A stretch of 64,000 bases of DNA from a phage, in the NCBI GenBank assembly GCA_019326865.1, contig GCA_019326865.1_4101.1, one strand, 5' to 3'. This document shows positions 20,391 through 30,064 of this stretch, in pieces (positions within the stretch are counted from its first letter, which is position 1; each line of letters opens with the position of its first letter). A program made the position numbers and the translations under genes. The notes beneath the pieces were generated by a model. The model was not told where the DNA came from, did no database searches, and was given only the letters and a program-made list of their open reading frames with translations.

Positions 20391-20722
20391 GTGAAGATAG
20401 TAAAGAGTATATTTTACGTTGTTCTTGTGGCGATAAAATGGAGCATTGTGTTCACATTGCACAATTTGACTTGACAGAAGAATATGGAGATGGTAAACTT
20501 GGTCAATGTCTTATTAGTATGCGTTTAAATCCTTTTTTAAAATGGTATAAACGCGTATGGGTGGCAGTAAAGTACATTTTTGGCGTAAACGACTATCAAT
20601 ATGTAGAAGCAACAATTGATGTTGACATTCTAAAAGATGTTGTTTTACAATTAGAAGATACTCGTTCAGATGAGGTTAAGAATGAAGAAAGAAAAAAACG
20701 TACTGATGTGAAGGTTTTATGA
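20387..20722 (+). CDS. hypothetical protein
   Basis: ORF 111 aa. Confidence 0.5.
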   Translation: MSEDSKEYILRCSCGDKMEHCVHIAQFDLTEEYGDGKLGQCLISMRLNPFLKWYKRVWVAVKYIFGVNDYQYVEATIDVDILKDVVLQLEDTRSDEVKNEERKKRTDVKVL

Positions 20723-20913
20723 ATACTGAACTTTATGAAAAAAAGTACTGTACAAATTGTTCAACTGAGTATACAATACAAGGTATGTTAATTTGTACAA
20801 TATGTCAGTCAAAGAAATCAGCCACGTTTATCGTTGATGATAGATTTGGTGACTTAAAACAGTTTAAAGCAAACCGCAATCTTCGTATTTTTAGCAATCT
20901 AAATAAGGAATAA
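20719..20913 (+). CDS. small zinc-ribbon-like protein
   Basis: 64 aa; CTNC...CTIC. Confidence 0.4.
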   Translation: MNTELYEKKYCTNCSTEYTIQGMLICTICQSKKSATFIVDDRFGDLKQFKANRNLRIFSNLNKE

Positions 20914-20916
20914 TAT

Positions 20917-21345
20917 ATGAATATCGAACAAACTATCCGTAATCATTCTTTCTTCGCACCAGAAACTGGACGTGTTATCGAGAATATCAAAATCGAAGAA
21001 CTCATGATTAATGTTAAATACAAAGAACTAAATGATGAGATTAGCAGCACCATTTGTGCTTTACGTGCACCATTTCGTGACGAAAAAGCCAAAAAACCAG
21101 CATATGTTCTTGCAATTGCACTAGGGTGTGTCGTTAAACTGGCAGTTGATGAAAATATTATCAACATCAAAGTCGCCCCATCTAATGACGAAGAGAACAT
21201 TGATTTGAACTTCGATGGTAATCTTGATGAAGATGTATTTTTCCAACAATCACTTGTTTATGATTTCCGCACAGTTACACATTCTCATATCAACTTCGTC
21301 AATGAAATGGTTGATATTGTAGCAAAATATGAAGAATCACTATAA
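20917..21345 (+). CDS. EExFFQ-motif family protein
   Basis: 142 aa; C-terminal DEDVFFQQSLVYDF. Confidence 0.55.
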   Translation: MNIEQTIRNHSFFAPETGRVIENIKIEELMINVKYKELNDEISSTICALRAPFRDEKAKKPAYVLAIALGCVVKLAVDENIINIKVAPSNDEENIDLNFDGNLDEDVFFQQSLVYDFRTVTHSHINFVNEMVDIVAKYEESL

Positions 21346-21354
21346 GTAAATACA

Positions 21355-21380
21355 AAAGCCTCCACTATGGGGGCTTTTCT
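21355..21380 (+). terminator. rho-independent terminator
   Basis: AGCCTCC actat GGGGGCT followed by TTTTCT. Confidence 0.55.
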
Positions 21381-21399
21381 CACATAAGGTAATGAAGAC

Positions 21400-21951
21400 A
21401 TGATTGAACAAATTAAAATTCTCACAAAGCAAATTACCGATTTTCTTTCAGATAAAGATGGTTTTAAAACAGAAGTAAAAATGCACGGTGTTAGTCTTGA
21501 TGTTATTTCTCCTGATTCTAATGTGACAAATTATGATATGTATGAATTATTCCTTTACACGTTAGCAGTACGTAAGTTAGGAAGTGATATTGAACTTAAT
21601 ATTAATACTAATAGCGAAGGAAATAAAATTTTTGCAATCAACACGAGTGCCAAATTTGATATTAATGCAGAAATTAAAAAAATCAATGAAAGTTTTGTTG
21701 GCTTTAAACATAATTCTATTCAAGGTGTTTTTGTAGGAAAACAAACTTCCTCAAGTCAATACCCATACTGCATTATGACTTTATACAAAAATGGCGATTG
21801 GATGCGACAAGATTTAGTTTATGCTGAATTGTTGTATGCGTTTACACATGATCTTGTAATTGAATTGGACGACAGTGCTTTTTGCTTTAAGAAAATCAAA
21901 AAATTAACCAATGACATTCAAACACAACTTAAAGATTTAAATGATAAATAA
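21400..21951 (+). CDS. hypothetical protein
   Basis: ORF 183 aa. Confidence 0.5.
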   Translation: MIEQIKILTKQITDFLSDKDGFKTEVKMHGVSLDVISPDSNVTNYDMYELFLYTLAVRKLGSDIELNINTNSEGNKIFAINTSAKFDINAEIKKINESFVGFKHNSIQGVFVGKQTSSSQYPYCIMTLYKNGDWMRQDLVYAELLYAFTHDLVIELDDSAFCFKKIKKLTNDIQTQLKDLNDK

Positions 21952-22010
21952 ATATACCAGAAATGGTTAACATATCATGTTACTTTCATCCCTTACATAA
22001 TAATTATGCG

Positions 22011-22050
22011 TTATTATATTTTTCATTATTATATTTTTCATTATATTATT
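22011..22050. repeat. 15-bp tandem direct repeat (TTATTATATTTTTCA x2.6) in AT-rich intergenic region
   Basis: Two perfect adjacent units plus partial third. Confidence 0.6.
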
Positions 22051-22084
22051 ATTTTCTTTTTATTGTACATAATCATATTAGTAC

Positions 22085-22110
22085 TGCCCCGTTTTTCGGG
22101 GCATTTTTAT
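22085..22110 (+). terminator. hairpin plus T-run
   Basis: GCCCCG ttttt CGGGGC followed by ATTTTTATT. Confidence 0.5.
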
Positions 22111-22129
22111 TATCTAAAATTGAGGATAT

Positions 22130-22525
22130 ATGAATAATAACATTGGAACTTCAATAATTAACCCACTTTCTTATTACCTTGAGAAATTTAGAAGTACAAA
22201 TGGTAAGAAATTTAATAATATATTTCAGTTTTCTCATAAAGAATATATTACTATTGATCATTTTTCAAAGAAACTAATGTATGTAAATGATAATAATCAT
22301 ATTATTAAATTATCATTTGATATTGAATTAGATAAATTGACATTTACTGAATATATTAATAATAAAACTTCGTTTTTAAGCACATACAATAGAAAAGTAT
22401 ATAGGAACATTTCAATGTACCTAAATGACGAATATTACTTTCAACAATCTACCATAGAAGATGTATTATTCAGTACAGAAGAATTAAAAGAATTATATTA
22501 TTGGTATGAGCAATTTATCTATTGA
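22130..22525 (+). CDS. EExFFQ-motif family protein
   Basis: 131 aa; NDEYYFQQSTIEDV. Confidence 0.55.
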   Translation: MNNNIGTSIINPLSYYLEKFRSTNGKKFNNIFQFSHKEYITIDHFSKKLMYVNDNNHIIKLSFDIELDKLTFTEYINNKTSFLSTYNRKVYRNISMYLNDEYYFQQSTIEDVLFSTEELKELYYWYEQFIY

Positions 22526-22577
22526 CATTGTGGTTCGATTCTTCTACAATACAAGATAATACGTTGAGGAAAAATGA

Positions 22578-22988
22578 ATGAGTTTAGATTTACACAATGA
22601 ACTAAAATATTTTTTAGATTTGGATATATCCAATTTGAGCCAACACGTCAATTATATAACTAGTACTGTGTGGTGGTCTAATGAACAAGATGACCCAATT
22701 ATACAACTAAGTGATAATTCATCAGTTATGCGATTTTATAAGATTAATTATAAAAATAACATCAAGATCACATATATACCATACAAAAACATACTAATAG
22801 CCGAAACACTTAATCCAAGCTCTTTATTAAAAATCACCGATATAGATACATTACAAACAAATGAATCATTATTTCAACGTTCATTGGTTGATGATCTTGG
22901 TGGTATTACTTTTGAAGATATATTACAATTGAAGAATATGTATAGCGAATTGTTAGAGATTAAAAACACTTTAGTAATGGGGGATTGA
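22578..22988 (+). CDS. EExFFQ-motif family protein
   Basis: 136 aa; NESLFQRSLVDDLGGITFEDI. Confidence 0.55.
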   Translation: MSLDLHNELKYFLDLDISNLSQHVNYITSTVWWSNEQDDPIIQLSDNSSVMRFYKINYKNNIKITYIPYKNILIAETLNPSSLLKITDIDTLQTNESLFQRSLVDDLGGITFEDILQLKNMYSELLEIKNTLVMGD

Positions 22989-22989
22989 T

Positions 22990-23388
22990 ATGGTAAGTTT
23001 ACTAGATATTGATAATACCAGTTTAGTGTTGGTGAAAAAAGGTTTAATCCCCAATTCTACAAAAATTGATTATGCTGTTATTGAAACAAATATGGGAAAT
23101 ATTTGGTATGATTCCGAAAGGGATATTGTGATTAGCTGCGTAGACAGTGACCGTGCTGAGTGTTGTAGAGTCGGTCATGACGGACAATTTGTTTTTGAAT
23201 TTCGTTATTGGAAGGACGCAAAATTTCACCAAGAACTTGTTGCTTTGTCAAATGAACTATATACAGAAGAAACTTTCTTTATGGAAAGTACTATTAATGA
23301 TCTTGGTTCAGTAACGTATGAGCACTATAAAAAAGTATACACACTATCCAGAGAAGTTATGAAAATTATCAGAACTGCTGAAAGTTGA
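22990..23388 (+). CDS. EExFFQ-motif family protein
   Basis: 132 aa; EETFFMESTINDLGSVTYE. Confidence 0.55.
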   Translation: MVSLLDIDNTSLVLVKKGLIPNSTKIDYAVIETNMGNIWYDSERDIVISCVDSDRAECCRVGHDGQFVFEFRYWKDAKFHQELVALSNELYTEETFFMESTINDLGSVTYEHYKKVYTLSREVMKIIRTAES

Positions 23389-23395
23389 GAATAAC

Positions 23396-23785
23396 ATGAC
23401 TACTATATATGATATTTTAGATAACTTGAATAAAAATATTGATAAAAATTTAGTTATCGTCGCTAATACTAGATGTATAATTCATCTTCCAGATATAAAT
23501 TATATTCCAACGGATACAACTGATAGATTAATTATTAATACATATTTACAATCATTAACATATCTCTATAATGGGATGGTGATATGGGTTTTTGATATAA
23601 AAGAAAATACAATACGATATGTATATGACTTTAACGATTATTGGTCAAGAACCCATAACATTGATATTGAGGAAGATGAACTGTTTCAATTGTCGTTAAT
23701 CGAGAAAAATGTAATAGGAGTTACCGAAATTGGCATTGTTAAAAAAGCATTGGAATATGCAAATAGTAAATTAAATGGTGAATAA
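23396..23785 (+). CDS. EExFFQ-motif family protein
   Basis: 129 aa; EDELFQLSLIEKNVIGVTEI. Confidence 0.55.
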   Translation: MTTIYDILDNLNKNIDKNLVIVANTRCIIHLPDINYIPTDTTDRLIINTYLQSLTYLYNGMVIWVFDIKENTIRYVYDFNDYWSRTHNIDIEEDELFQLSLIEKNVIGVTEIGIVKKALEYANSKLNGE

Positions 23786-23787
23786 AC

Positions 23788-24234
23788 ATGGATGTTGATA
23801 AAATAGCAAATCATTTTGAAATTGCATTATCTTGTAATTTTGATACCAAAAGCGTAGAATCACCTAAAGAGTATATACATATTAGCTGTTCTTATTCACA
23901 TTCATGTATAGTCCATATTGAAAAGACCTATGACCGTACTGAGTTATCGTTTTACAACCCACTCATCAGAACAACATCAGTTATGTTAATATATAATACA
24001 ATATCTGACATTATTGAAATTATTTCAAATTATACTGATGTAACTTGTACAACTATATATAATGCAAGTACATGCATAACAGAAGAAGGATATTTCCAGG
24101 AGTCACTTATTCAAAATTTTAATTATGATTATAAAGATTTATGTTATATAGTCTTAAGTTTTGAAAAAATAAACGAAATGGTTTTGTCATTATTTGACAT
24201 AATCGAACAAAATCCAAAGGTAATCAAATGCTAA
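23788..24234 (+). CDS. EExFFQ-motif family protein
   Basis: 148 aa; EEGYFQESLIQNF. Confidence 0.55.
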   Translation: MDVDKIANHFEIALSCNFDTKSVESPKEYIHISCSYSHSCIVHIEKTYDRTELSFYNPLIRTTSVMLIYNTISDIIEIISNYTDVTCTTIYNASTCITEEGYFQESLIQNFNYDYKDLCYIVLSFEKINEMVLSLFDIIEQNPKVIKC

Positions 24235-24668
24235 ATCCAATAAAGTTTTTTAATTTATTAGGTATTACATCTATACCGGATTTAACAAGTGAAACAAACG
24301 TATATCGTGATGTTGGAAATGTATCATTGGAATATGATACATTTGACTTTAAATGTTACATAACATATAACATTGAATCCTATACTAAAAAATCATCATA
24401 CATTTTTGTGTTCATATATAATGATTATAGTGGTAATACACTGAATGATGTTCATATTGACACATTTGAAATATGTGGTAATATTATATCAGATGAATCA
24501 TCATCTACATTTGATTTGGAATTAAACAGTACTGAAGAGTCACTTTTTCAGTTGAGTACTATAAGTGACACTATATTAACACCAGATGACATTGAGAAAT
24601 TTAAAGAACATCTTGACGCAGTTCGTGAGATGTTCTATAATCATTATCCAGAAGTGGAGTTCAAATAA
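24228..24668 (+). CDS. EExFFQ-motif family protein
   Basis: 146 aa; TEESLFQLSTISDT. Confidence 0.55.
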   Translation: MLNPIKFFNLLGITSIPDLTSETNVYRDVGNVSLEYDTFDFKCYITYNIESYTKKSSYIFVFIYNDYSGNTLNDVHIDTFEICGNIISDESSSTFDLELNSTEESLFQLSTISDTILTPDDIEKFKEHLDAVREMFYNHYPEVEFK

Positions 24669-24682
24669 CTAAAGGTAATAAG

Positions 24683-24943
24683 ATGACTAAAGTAGTTCGT
24701 AGACGCCATATGATGAACATGGATGAATTTCGCACATTTGACAAATATCGTACTATGTTTCGTATGCTTTCACAGGGCCGCCCAATTGTCATTGTAACAG
24801 AGAATTACATGTCACCTGAGATTATGTTTGGTAATTATGAAAAGGTCTTCATGCTGTACGTGAAGCGTGGATTACTTACAATCAAGACATTAGCTGAAGC
24901 AACTGATGAAGATATGGATGGTGATAATACCTTTACCATGTGA
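24683..24943 (+). CDS. hypothetical protein
   Basis: ORF 86 aa. Confidence 0.45.
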   Translation: MTKVVRRRHMMNMDEFRTFDKYRTMFRMLSQGRPIVIVTENYMSPEIMFGNYEKVFMLYVKRGLLTIKTLAEATDEDMDGDNTFTM

Positions 24944-24982
24944 GGAAATATATGTCTGAAAAACCAAAAGAACCTTTAGATC

Positions 24983-25273
24983 GTGATGATGATTTTTATG
25001 ACGAACGATATGGAGATGATAATGAGTGAACATAGTGCGGTGCTTAAAAAGATTTTAAAGGAAATTGATGGTGAGTTTAATGTCACAGAAGAAGAATATC
25101 AGCATTGGAAGAAAGATTTCGAACAACTAACCGAGTATGATAAAGTGTTCAATATGATTGGTGTAATTAGCCAGTACTTACTTGGTGGAGGACGTGCAAG
25201 TGCTTCAATTCTGGCATCTGCAATCATCTGCACATCACGATGGTGTGATGAAAAAAGTTTGGAAGATTTCTAA
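24983..25273 (+). CDS. hypothetical protein (start uncertain; alternative ATG near 25017)
   Basis: ORF 96 aa. Confidence 0.4.
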   Translation: MMMIFMTNDMEMIMSEHSAVLKKILKEIDGEFNVTEEEYQHWKKDFEQLTEYDKVFNMIGVISQYLLGGGRASASILASAIICTSRWCDEKSLEDF

Positions 25274-25325
25274 ATAAGATGCTATAATATATTATAGTAC
25301 CTTAACAATATAAAAAGGATTTTAT

Positions 25326-27221
25326 ATGAAACCTATCCGAGTACTATCTCTTTTTAATGGGATGAGTGTAGGATACATGGCATTAAAAGATGCTGGTATC
25401 CCTGTTGAAAAATATTATTCATCCGAAATTGACAAATTTGCTATAGCTGAATCCCAAGCTAACTTCCCCGATATCATCCAATTGGGTGATGTAACTAGAT
25501 GGAAAGAATGGGATATCGAATGGGACAAGATAGATCTACTGATGGGTGGTTTTCCATGCTTCCCAGCAGGAACTATGATAATGACAAATAAAGGTCATAA
25601 AGATATAAAAGATATAAAAATTGGTGATATGGTTCTTACACACACTGGACAGTACCAAAAAGTATTGAGTACTTGTGTAAAACAAGCACCAACTAGAATT
25701 ATATCAGGTCAGGGCCATTTACCTATTGAATGTACCGATAATCACCCATTTTATTCGAGAGTTTTGGGTAAAAAATGGAATAATGCCAAACGTCAATATG
25801 ATAGAATAGCAAGCGATGCAGAATGGGTATATGCATCAGAATTAACACCAAATCATTTACTATGTAATGTAAAATCATCGTATGTTCGTGAATCATCATT
25901 GAGAGATGAAAAATTTTGGTATTTTATGGGTAGATTTGCAGGAGATGGGTGGGTATCAAAAGTTAAACGTCAAAAAAGAAAAAATAGTTATGTATATAAA
26001 GTGTTAATGTGTTGTGCACATGATGAATTTGATGAATTGGTTGAATGTTTTGATGGTTTAAAAATGAATTATAATTATACCAAAGAACGCACTTCATATA
26101 AATTTTATATTACATCAAAAACTTTACTTGAATTCTGTGAAAAGATGGGGAAAGGTGCTTCTAATAAAATTGTTCATCCTGAATTATGGTCCGAATGTGT
26201 AGAAAATAAAAAAGCTTTTCTTGAAGGGTACATATCGGCTGACGGTCATTACTATGATGGTAAATGGCACATTACATCAACATCATCAAACATGATATTG
26301 GGTATACAGCAATTAGTCATGGACATTTATGGAAGGCATGTGAATATACATAAAGTCACACCGTCACCCACTAAGATTATTGAGGGACGTATAGTAAATC
26401 AAAAACCGTGGTACAGAATAGAATTCACTGAAAATCCACTAAAACATGAAAATGCTTTTTATGATGATGATACGTATGCTTGGGTAAACGGTGTCAAAAA
26501 AAGTATACCTACAAATGAAATAAAAGACGTATATTCATTTGAAGTTGCAGTAGATAACACATATACGGCGAACAATATTGTAGTTCATAACTGTCAAGCG
26601 TGGTCAGTTGCTGGGAAACAAGGCGGTGTGAATGACCCTCGTGGTATGTTATTCCATACAATGGTTGATATTTACCAGCACATAAAAAGTCTCAATCCAG
26701 ACTTGAAAGTACTGTTCGAGAATGTTAAAATGAAAGAAGATTTCAAGCAATACATTAATAGTGTTCTTGAGATGACACCAGTACTGATAAATTCCCAGCA
26801 TTATACGCCTCACTTCAGGCAGAGATATTACTGGTACAGTACTGATAAACTTTTTATACCACCTGCATTATCCAATGCACCTAAACTTCAAGATATTATT
26901 GAAGATGGTTGGTACACTGACAGAACCGCTTCGTACTGTATAGATGCTAACTATTTTAAGGGTGGTGATTGTAACCAGTACTTTAATAAATCAAGAAGAC
27001 AAATTGTTTTCAAAGAACCTGATATCGATAGGGATTTCCTTCTTGAACATGGTAAGCGAAATGTGGACTATCGTCATTTAACAGTACAAGAGTGTTGCAT
27101 GTTGCAAGGAATTGATGTAAACTACTTCAAAGTTAGTAGTTCAACACAAGCATACAAAATGCTTGGGAATGGATGGACTATGCCAGTTATATCACACTTA
27201 CTACGAGATATATTCTTTTGA
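25326..27221 (+). CDS. DNA (cytosine-5)-methyltransferase precursor interrupted by an intein
   Basis: Extein motifs: I LFNGMSVG, IV GGFP|CQAWSVAGK (split by insert), VI FENV, VIII QRYYW, IX RHLTVQECCMLQGI, X LGNGWTMPV; extein about 286 aa. Confidence 0.8.
   Translation: MKPIRVLSLFNGMSVGYMALKDAGIPVEKYYSSEIDKFAIAESQANFPDIIQLGDVTRWKEWDIEWDKIDLLMGGFPCFPAGTMIMTNKGHKDIKDIKIGDMVLTHTGQYQKVLSTCVKQAPTRIISGQGHLPIECTDNHPFYSRVLGKKWNNAKRQYDRIASDAEWVYASELTPNHLLCNVKSSYVRESSLRDEKFWYFMGRFAGDGWVSKVKRQKRKNSYVYKVLMCCAHDEFDELVECFDGLKMNYNYTKERTSYKFYITSKTLLEFCEKMGKGASNKIVHPELWSECVENKKAFLEGYISADGHYYDGKWHITSTSSNMILGIQQLVMDIYGRHVNIHKVTPSPTKIIEGRIVNQKPWYRIEFTENPLKHENAFYDDDTYAWVNGVKKSIPTNEIKDVYSFEVAVDNTYTANNIVVHNCQAWSVAGKQGGVNDPRGMLFHTMVDIYQHIKSLNPDLKVLFENVKMKEDFKQYINSVLEMTPVLINSQHYTPHFRQRYYWYSTDKLFIPPALSNAPKLQDIIEDGWYTDRTASYCIDANYFKGGDCNQYFNKSRRQIVFKEPDIDRDFLLEHGKRNVDYRHLTVQECCMLQGIDVNYFKVSSSTQAYKMLGNGWTMPVISHLLRDIFF
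25557..26591 (+). mobile_element. intein (about 345 aa) with LAGLIDADG homing-endonuclease motifs, inserted before catalytic Cys of PCQ motif
   Basis: Begins CFPAGTMIMT..IGDMVLTHTG (block A), ..TDNHPFY (block B), LAGLIDADG-like FMGRFAGDGWV and FLEGYISADGHYY, ends NNIVVHN followed by C (+1 Cys of CQAW). Confidence 0.75.
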
Positions 27222-27703
27222 ACATAAACAAACACCAAACTTATATAAAACGTGCAGAAAGTTTCAAACGGCTGGCTGTAAAATCTGAATTAGAATTTAA
27301 TTTGTATTATCCTAATATTGGTGATGAGGTATTTTATTGCTCTCATTCAAAGAATGGAACTTTACTTAAATCGGGTAAAGGAACTATTGTTGATATGACC
27401 GCAAATTTCAGAGGTAAACTTAATGTAATGTACAAAGTACAAGATTCAAGAACTGAGTGTATTCATGAAGTGATGCATAACATACCTGCATATCCAAAAG
27501 ATTTTGTTCAGCTAATATCTCGAAGGGAGAAACCTATGTTCTATTGTGGTTACGACAAATTAACCAAACAAATTATTCCTAATACTATGGGAAAATTTAA
27601 AAGTGATGTAAAATCTGAACTAGAAAAGAAATTTGGTACATCATGGGAAACTGAAAACGAGTTTATCGAAATTCGTTTAATTGAAGTTACTATTCTTGAT
27701 TAA
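27173..27703 (+). CDS. hypothetical protein (start uncertain, overlaps MTase 3' end)
   Basis: ORF 176 aa. Confidence 0.45.
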   Translation: MDYASYITLTTRYILLNINKHQTYIKRAESFKRLAVKSELEFNLYYPNIGDEVFYCSHSKNGTLLKSGKGTIVDMTANFRGKLNVMYKVQDSRTECIHEVMHNIPAYPKDFVQLISRREKPMFYCGYDKLTKQIIPNTMGKFKSDVKSELEKKFGTSWETENEFIEIRLIEVTILD

Positions 27704-27707
27704 TTAT

Positions 27708-27733
27708 AAATCCACGCAATGCGTGGATTTTTC
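27708..27733 (+). terminator. rho-independent terminator
   Basis: AAATCCACGC aat GCGTGGATTT followed by TTC. Confidence 0.55.
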
Positions 27734-27745
27734 ATAGGTGTATAT

Positions 27746-28261
27746 ATGTCAATTCCTTATGTTAAAATTATTAACAATATTCTTGATTCTTGGGAAGATG
27801 TCATTATTGGCAAAAAGAAACCTTTTCCTGTTCATGCACTAACTGGAAGACTACAATTCAGAATGTCAAACAAAACTGAAACGTTTAATAATCATGATAT
27901 TTGTATTACATTAAAAACACCTGTTAGTATTGTAATTAAAAAAAATAAAGATGATGAATTGTCATTATCTATTGGTCGTGATAAAATCATTTTAAGTAAT
28001 TTGTCTGAAGAAGAATTCTTTCAAAGAAGTACTATCATCGACATGAAAGATTTCACATATGAATCATTAGTAGAACTCAATACACGTTTTGATGATATTC
28101 AGGAACGATTGCGACCAATCCTCCGTAGAGAAGAAGAAGCCTGGATTGAAAGTATGAAGAAGATGCAAGAAATGTTAAAAGAAACTATTAACAATATGGG
28201 TCAATCTATTTTGGACATTGGTAAAACTTTTAAACTCAACTTTTCAAAGGAACGTAAATGA
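27746..28261 (+). CDS. EExFFQ-motif family protein
   Basis: Start moved to ATG 27746 past terminator hairpin; SEEEFFQRSTIIDM. Confidence 0.55.
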   Translation: MSIPYVKIINNILDSWEDVIIGKKKPFPVHALTGRLQFRMSNKTETFNNHDICITLKTPVSIVIKKNKDDELSLSIGRDKIILSNLSEEEFFQRSTIIDMKDFTYESLVELNTRFDDIQERLRPILRREEEAWIESMKKMQEMLKETINNMGQSILDIGKTFKLNFSKERK

Positions 28262-28710
28262 AAATCGATGAACTGATTTATATTTTAGGTAACTTGCATA
28301 AAATATTGTTACATCTCCAAGAGATAAAGAACCTTGGGTATAGCATGTCCAATACTAATAAAACCGCATTTGAATACAACCCAACCACGGGTGGAAATTA
28401 TAATATTGTGTATTGTTATGAAACTGACCCAGACTGCTATCAACTTACGTTATACTTTTATCCAACAAACCCTACCATTGTTCAAGACATATCATCAATA
28501 TCACTTGACCCAGATGGTGAAATGAGTATAGAATATAGCTATGATTCTAAAAAAGAATGTTACGTTGAAGATATGAAAAATATGTTTAACGACGAATATG
28601 TGTTCCAGCTAAGTACTGTACATGATGTTGGAAGTACTAATGGACAATTTTGGAATACATGTTATTATCATATGATTGAAATTTGTAAATTACTAAAAGG
28701 CGATGATTAA
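28258..28710 (+). CDS. EExFFQ-motif family protein
   Basis: 150 aa; NDEYVFQLSTVHDV. Confidence 0.55.
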   Translation: MKIDELIYILGNLHKILLHLQEIKNLGYSMSNTNKTAFEYNPTTGGNYNIVYCYETDPDCYQLTLYFYPTNPTIVQDISSISLDPDGEMSIEYSYDSKKECYVEDMKNMFNDEYVFQLSTVHDVGSTNGQFWNTCYYHMIEICKLLKGDD

Positions 28711-29093
28711 TGAAATACAGCATTGAAGTACATTACACTACTGGTGATACTGAAAATCAATATAACATAGTTAAGACCATTGATGTTCAATGGGATACTA
28801 AAGAGGAAGCAGTTGCTGCTTTACAGTGCCTAAAAGAGCATTGGGTGTTTTATATGAAGCAAGATAATTGCTATACAAAAGAACACGAAACTATCGTTAA
28901 AAATGCTAAACAAAAAGAGTGGTTTGACCCAATTTCACCAGAATATTCATTTTTGGTTAAAGTTGGCGGTGTGACAGTTCCCTTACGTACACCGTGGAAC
29001 GGCTACTTTGAAACTCTTCATAATGCACGAGTTGTCGCTGTTGATAATCCTGAACAAATCGATTTCGATTCATTGGACTGGAAAAAACTATGA
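28710..29093 (+). CDS. hypothetical protein
   Basis: ORF 127 aa. Confidence 0.5.
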   Translation: MKYSIEVHYTTGDTENQYNIVKTIDVQWDTKEEAVAALQCLKEHWVFYMKQDNCYTKEHETIVKNAKQKEWFDPISPEYSFLVKVGGVTVPLRTPWNGYFETLHNARVVAVDNPEQIDFDSLDWKKL

Positions 29094-29533
29094 CAGTACT
29101 GCACCAATTGAAGAAGGTTAAGCATCCAGTTGTATATGAGGACTGGAAACGTCAGAAGCTGATGGGTGACTTTTATTACCCAAAATCTAAAGTTCTGGCA
29201 ACGTCAAAAGCTATATACTTGAAATATAAGGATGAAGATTGTTTGTGTATTCAAATGGGATTCCATCCTAAAGTTGGTTTGTTTAAATCAAATCAAACAT
29301 TTTATAAATTTAGAATTCAAAAAGATACATTTAGTATTCATATCGAAAAGCCTGATGTACAAGATACAATTTATCGTGTGGAAAGTCAGCCTTTGAATCT
29401 TGTTGAGATTCCGTACAATAATTTAGAAGAAATGTACTTTCAGCAGTTGACAATACAAGAAGACTTTGGTATGATAGGACTTCAAGAGTTAGAGATGATT
29501 AAACAAATTCGTGATATCTACTTTAAGGAGTAA
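29090..29533 (+). CDS. EExFFQ-motif family protein
   Basis: 147 aa; LEEMYFQQLTIQED. Confidence 0.55.
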   Translation: MTVLHQLKKVKHPVVYEDWKRQKLMGDFYYPKSKVLATSKAIYLKYKDEDCLCIQMGFHPKVGLFKSNQTFYKFRIQKDTFSIHIEKPDVQDTIYRVESQPLNLVEIPYNNLEEMYFQQLTIQEDFGMIGLQELEMIKQIRDIYFKE

Positions 29534-29666
29534 CTATGCCAGTACGTAACAGTACTTCACGCTTTACGCTTCAACAGAAAGCAGATCTTTTGAATATGGC
29601 AAACAAAGATTCTAATTTTCACTATCTAGTGCTCGGTGGGTCAGTAGAAAAGATTGACCTACGTGA

Positions 29667-29864
29667 GTGTATGAAATAACAAAAGGGGCTAAAATGAGTC
29701 TACGTGAATCATGGGAACAATTTAAAGAAGAGATTGGTTATCGTGGTGTTAAGATTGAAAAAATCAATCGTTCTGAAAGCATCAAAGCCAGTTCTAATGG
29801 CACTACTTATGATCGTTATGATGAAAAGTATGGTTTGCATTCTAACCCGAAGGATAGTGAATAA
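29667..29864 (+). CDS. hypothetical small protein
   Basis: ORF 65 aa. Confidence 0.4.
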   Translation: MYEITKGAKMSLRESWEQFKEEIGYRGVKIEKINRSESIKASSNGTTYDRYDEKYGLHSNPKDSE

Positions 29865-30003
29865 TGGTATACACTAACATTTTTACTGGTATTATGCGTA
29901 AATTTATTAATGGTACTGGATACGTATCCAATGACAACGGTAGTACATGGGTAAAAAATAATACATCTGAATCTTTAGTAAAAAGTCTTCCGTATTATAA
30001 AGC

Positions 30004-30032
30004 TTGACACATGAAAATGGAGTATGTATAAT
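30004..30032 (+). promoter_or_regulatory. sigma70-like promoter (TTGACA-17-TATAAT)
   Basis: Consensus hexamers upstream of ORF 30065. Confidence 0.5.
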
Positions 30033-30064
30033 ACTCCTATATTAATTAAACGAGGATATACGAA

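Noticed and set aside
22130-24668. EExYFQ(x)S motif as a TEV/3C-like protease cleavage site
   Set aside because: TEV-type sites need Gln immediately followed by Gly/Ser (ENLYFQ|S); here a variable residue intervenes (FQxS) and no chymotrypsin-like protease is evident in the window. More likely a conserved structural motif.
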